The position numbers and the translations under genes were made by a program. A model generated the notes under the pieces. It was given only the letters and a program-made list of their open reading frames with translations. It was not told where the DNA came from and did not search any database. From Marsupella aquatica (taxonomy: Eukaryota; Plantae; Marchantiophyta), in NCBI GenBank assembly GCA_973895155.1, contig OZ316891.1:3051801-3115800 (forward strand): a stretch of 64,000 nt of DNA. The letters run 5' to 3'. Below are positions 63,826 through 64,000 of the stretch, in pieces (position 1 is the first letter of the stretch; every line of letters begins with the position of its first letter).

Positions 63826-64000
63826 AAATGTTGTATTGGATCATGAGAGGAGTTTTAATGATAAATATTTTACATAATCAAAAAAATAGTGCACAATCTA
63901 ATCATGAGACAAAAACAAGACAAGAAAAATAGTGAAAAAGAAGGAAGGTTTAAAAGATATAAATTACAAAAACAATTTAAAAAATCATTCTCATTTTGTT

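Overview
Nuclear genomic DNA of a land plant, probably a bryophyte-grade species (inference from the TE families and gene style). The left ~36 kb is a nested transposon island. It holds a tandemly repeated Athila/Tat-type Gypsy segment (integrase C-terminus plus a long extra ORF), a ~2 kb TG...CA element with a related extra ORF, and a decayed Ty3/Gypsy pol whose integrase ends in a PHD finger. A complete 16.8 kb CACTA (En/Spm) element (12959-29744, TIRs, GGC TSD) sits in that element's LTR. A decayed PIF/Harbinger, two copies of a 288-bp MITE with 8-bp TSDs and a 5'-truncated LINE complete the island. The right part holds two host genes: a 3-exon MYBS3/KUA1-type CCHC-MYB gene (minus strand) and a ~19-exon EFR3-like gene (plus strand). 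The standout observation is a co-oriented cargo cassette inside the CACTA, upstream of TnpD/TnpA. It encodes a Cys/His-rich protein, a stand-alone EDM2-type triple-PHD histone reader, a tandem Pol-lambda-like BRCT protein and an F-box protein, and it lies next to an antisense ubiquitin fragment. This is a candidate transposon-encoded toolkit for manipulating host chromatin, repair and ubiquitin pathways. All domain calls come from motif recognition by eye, not from database searches.
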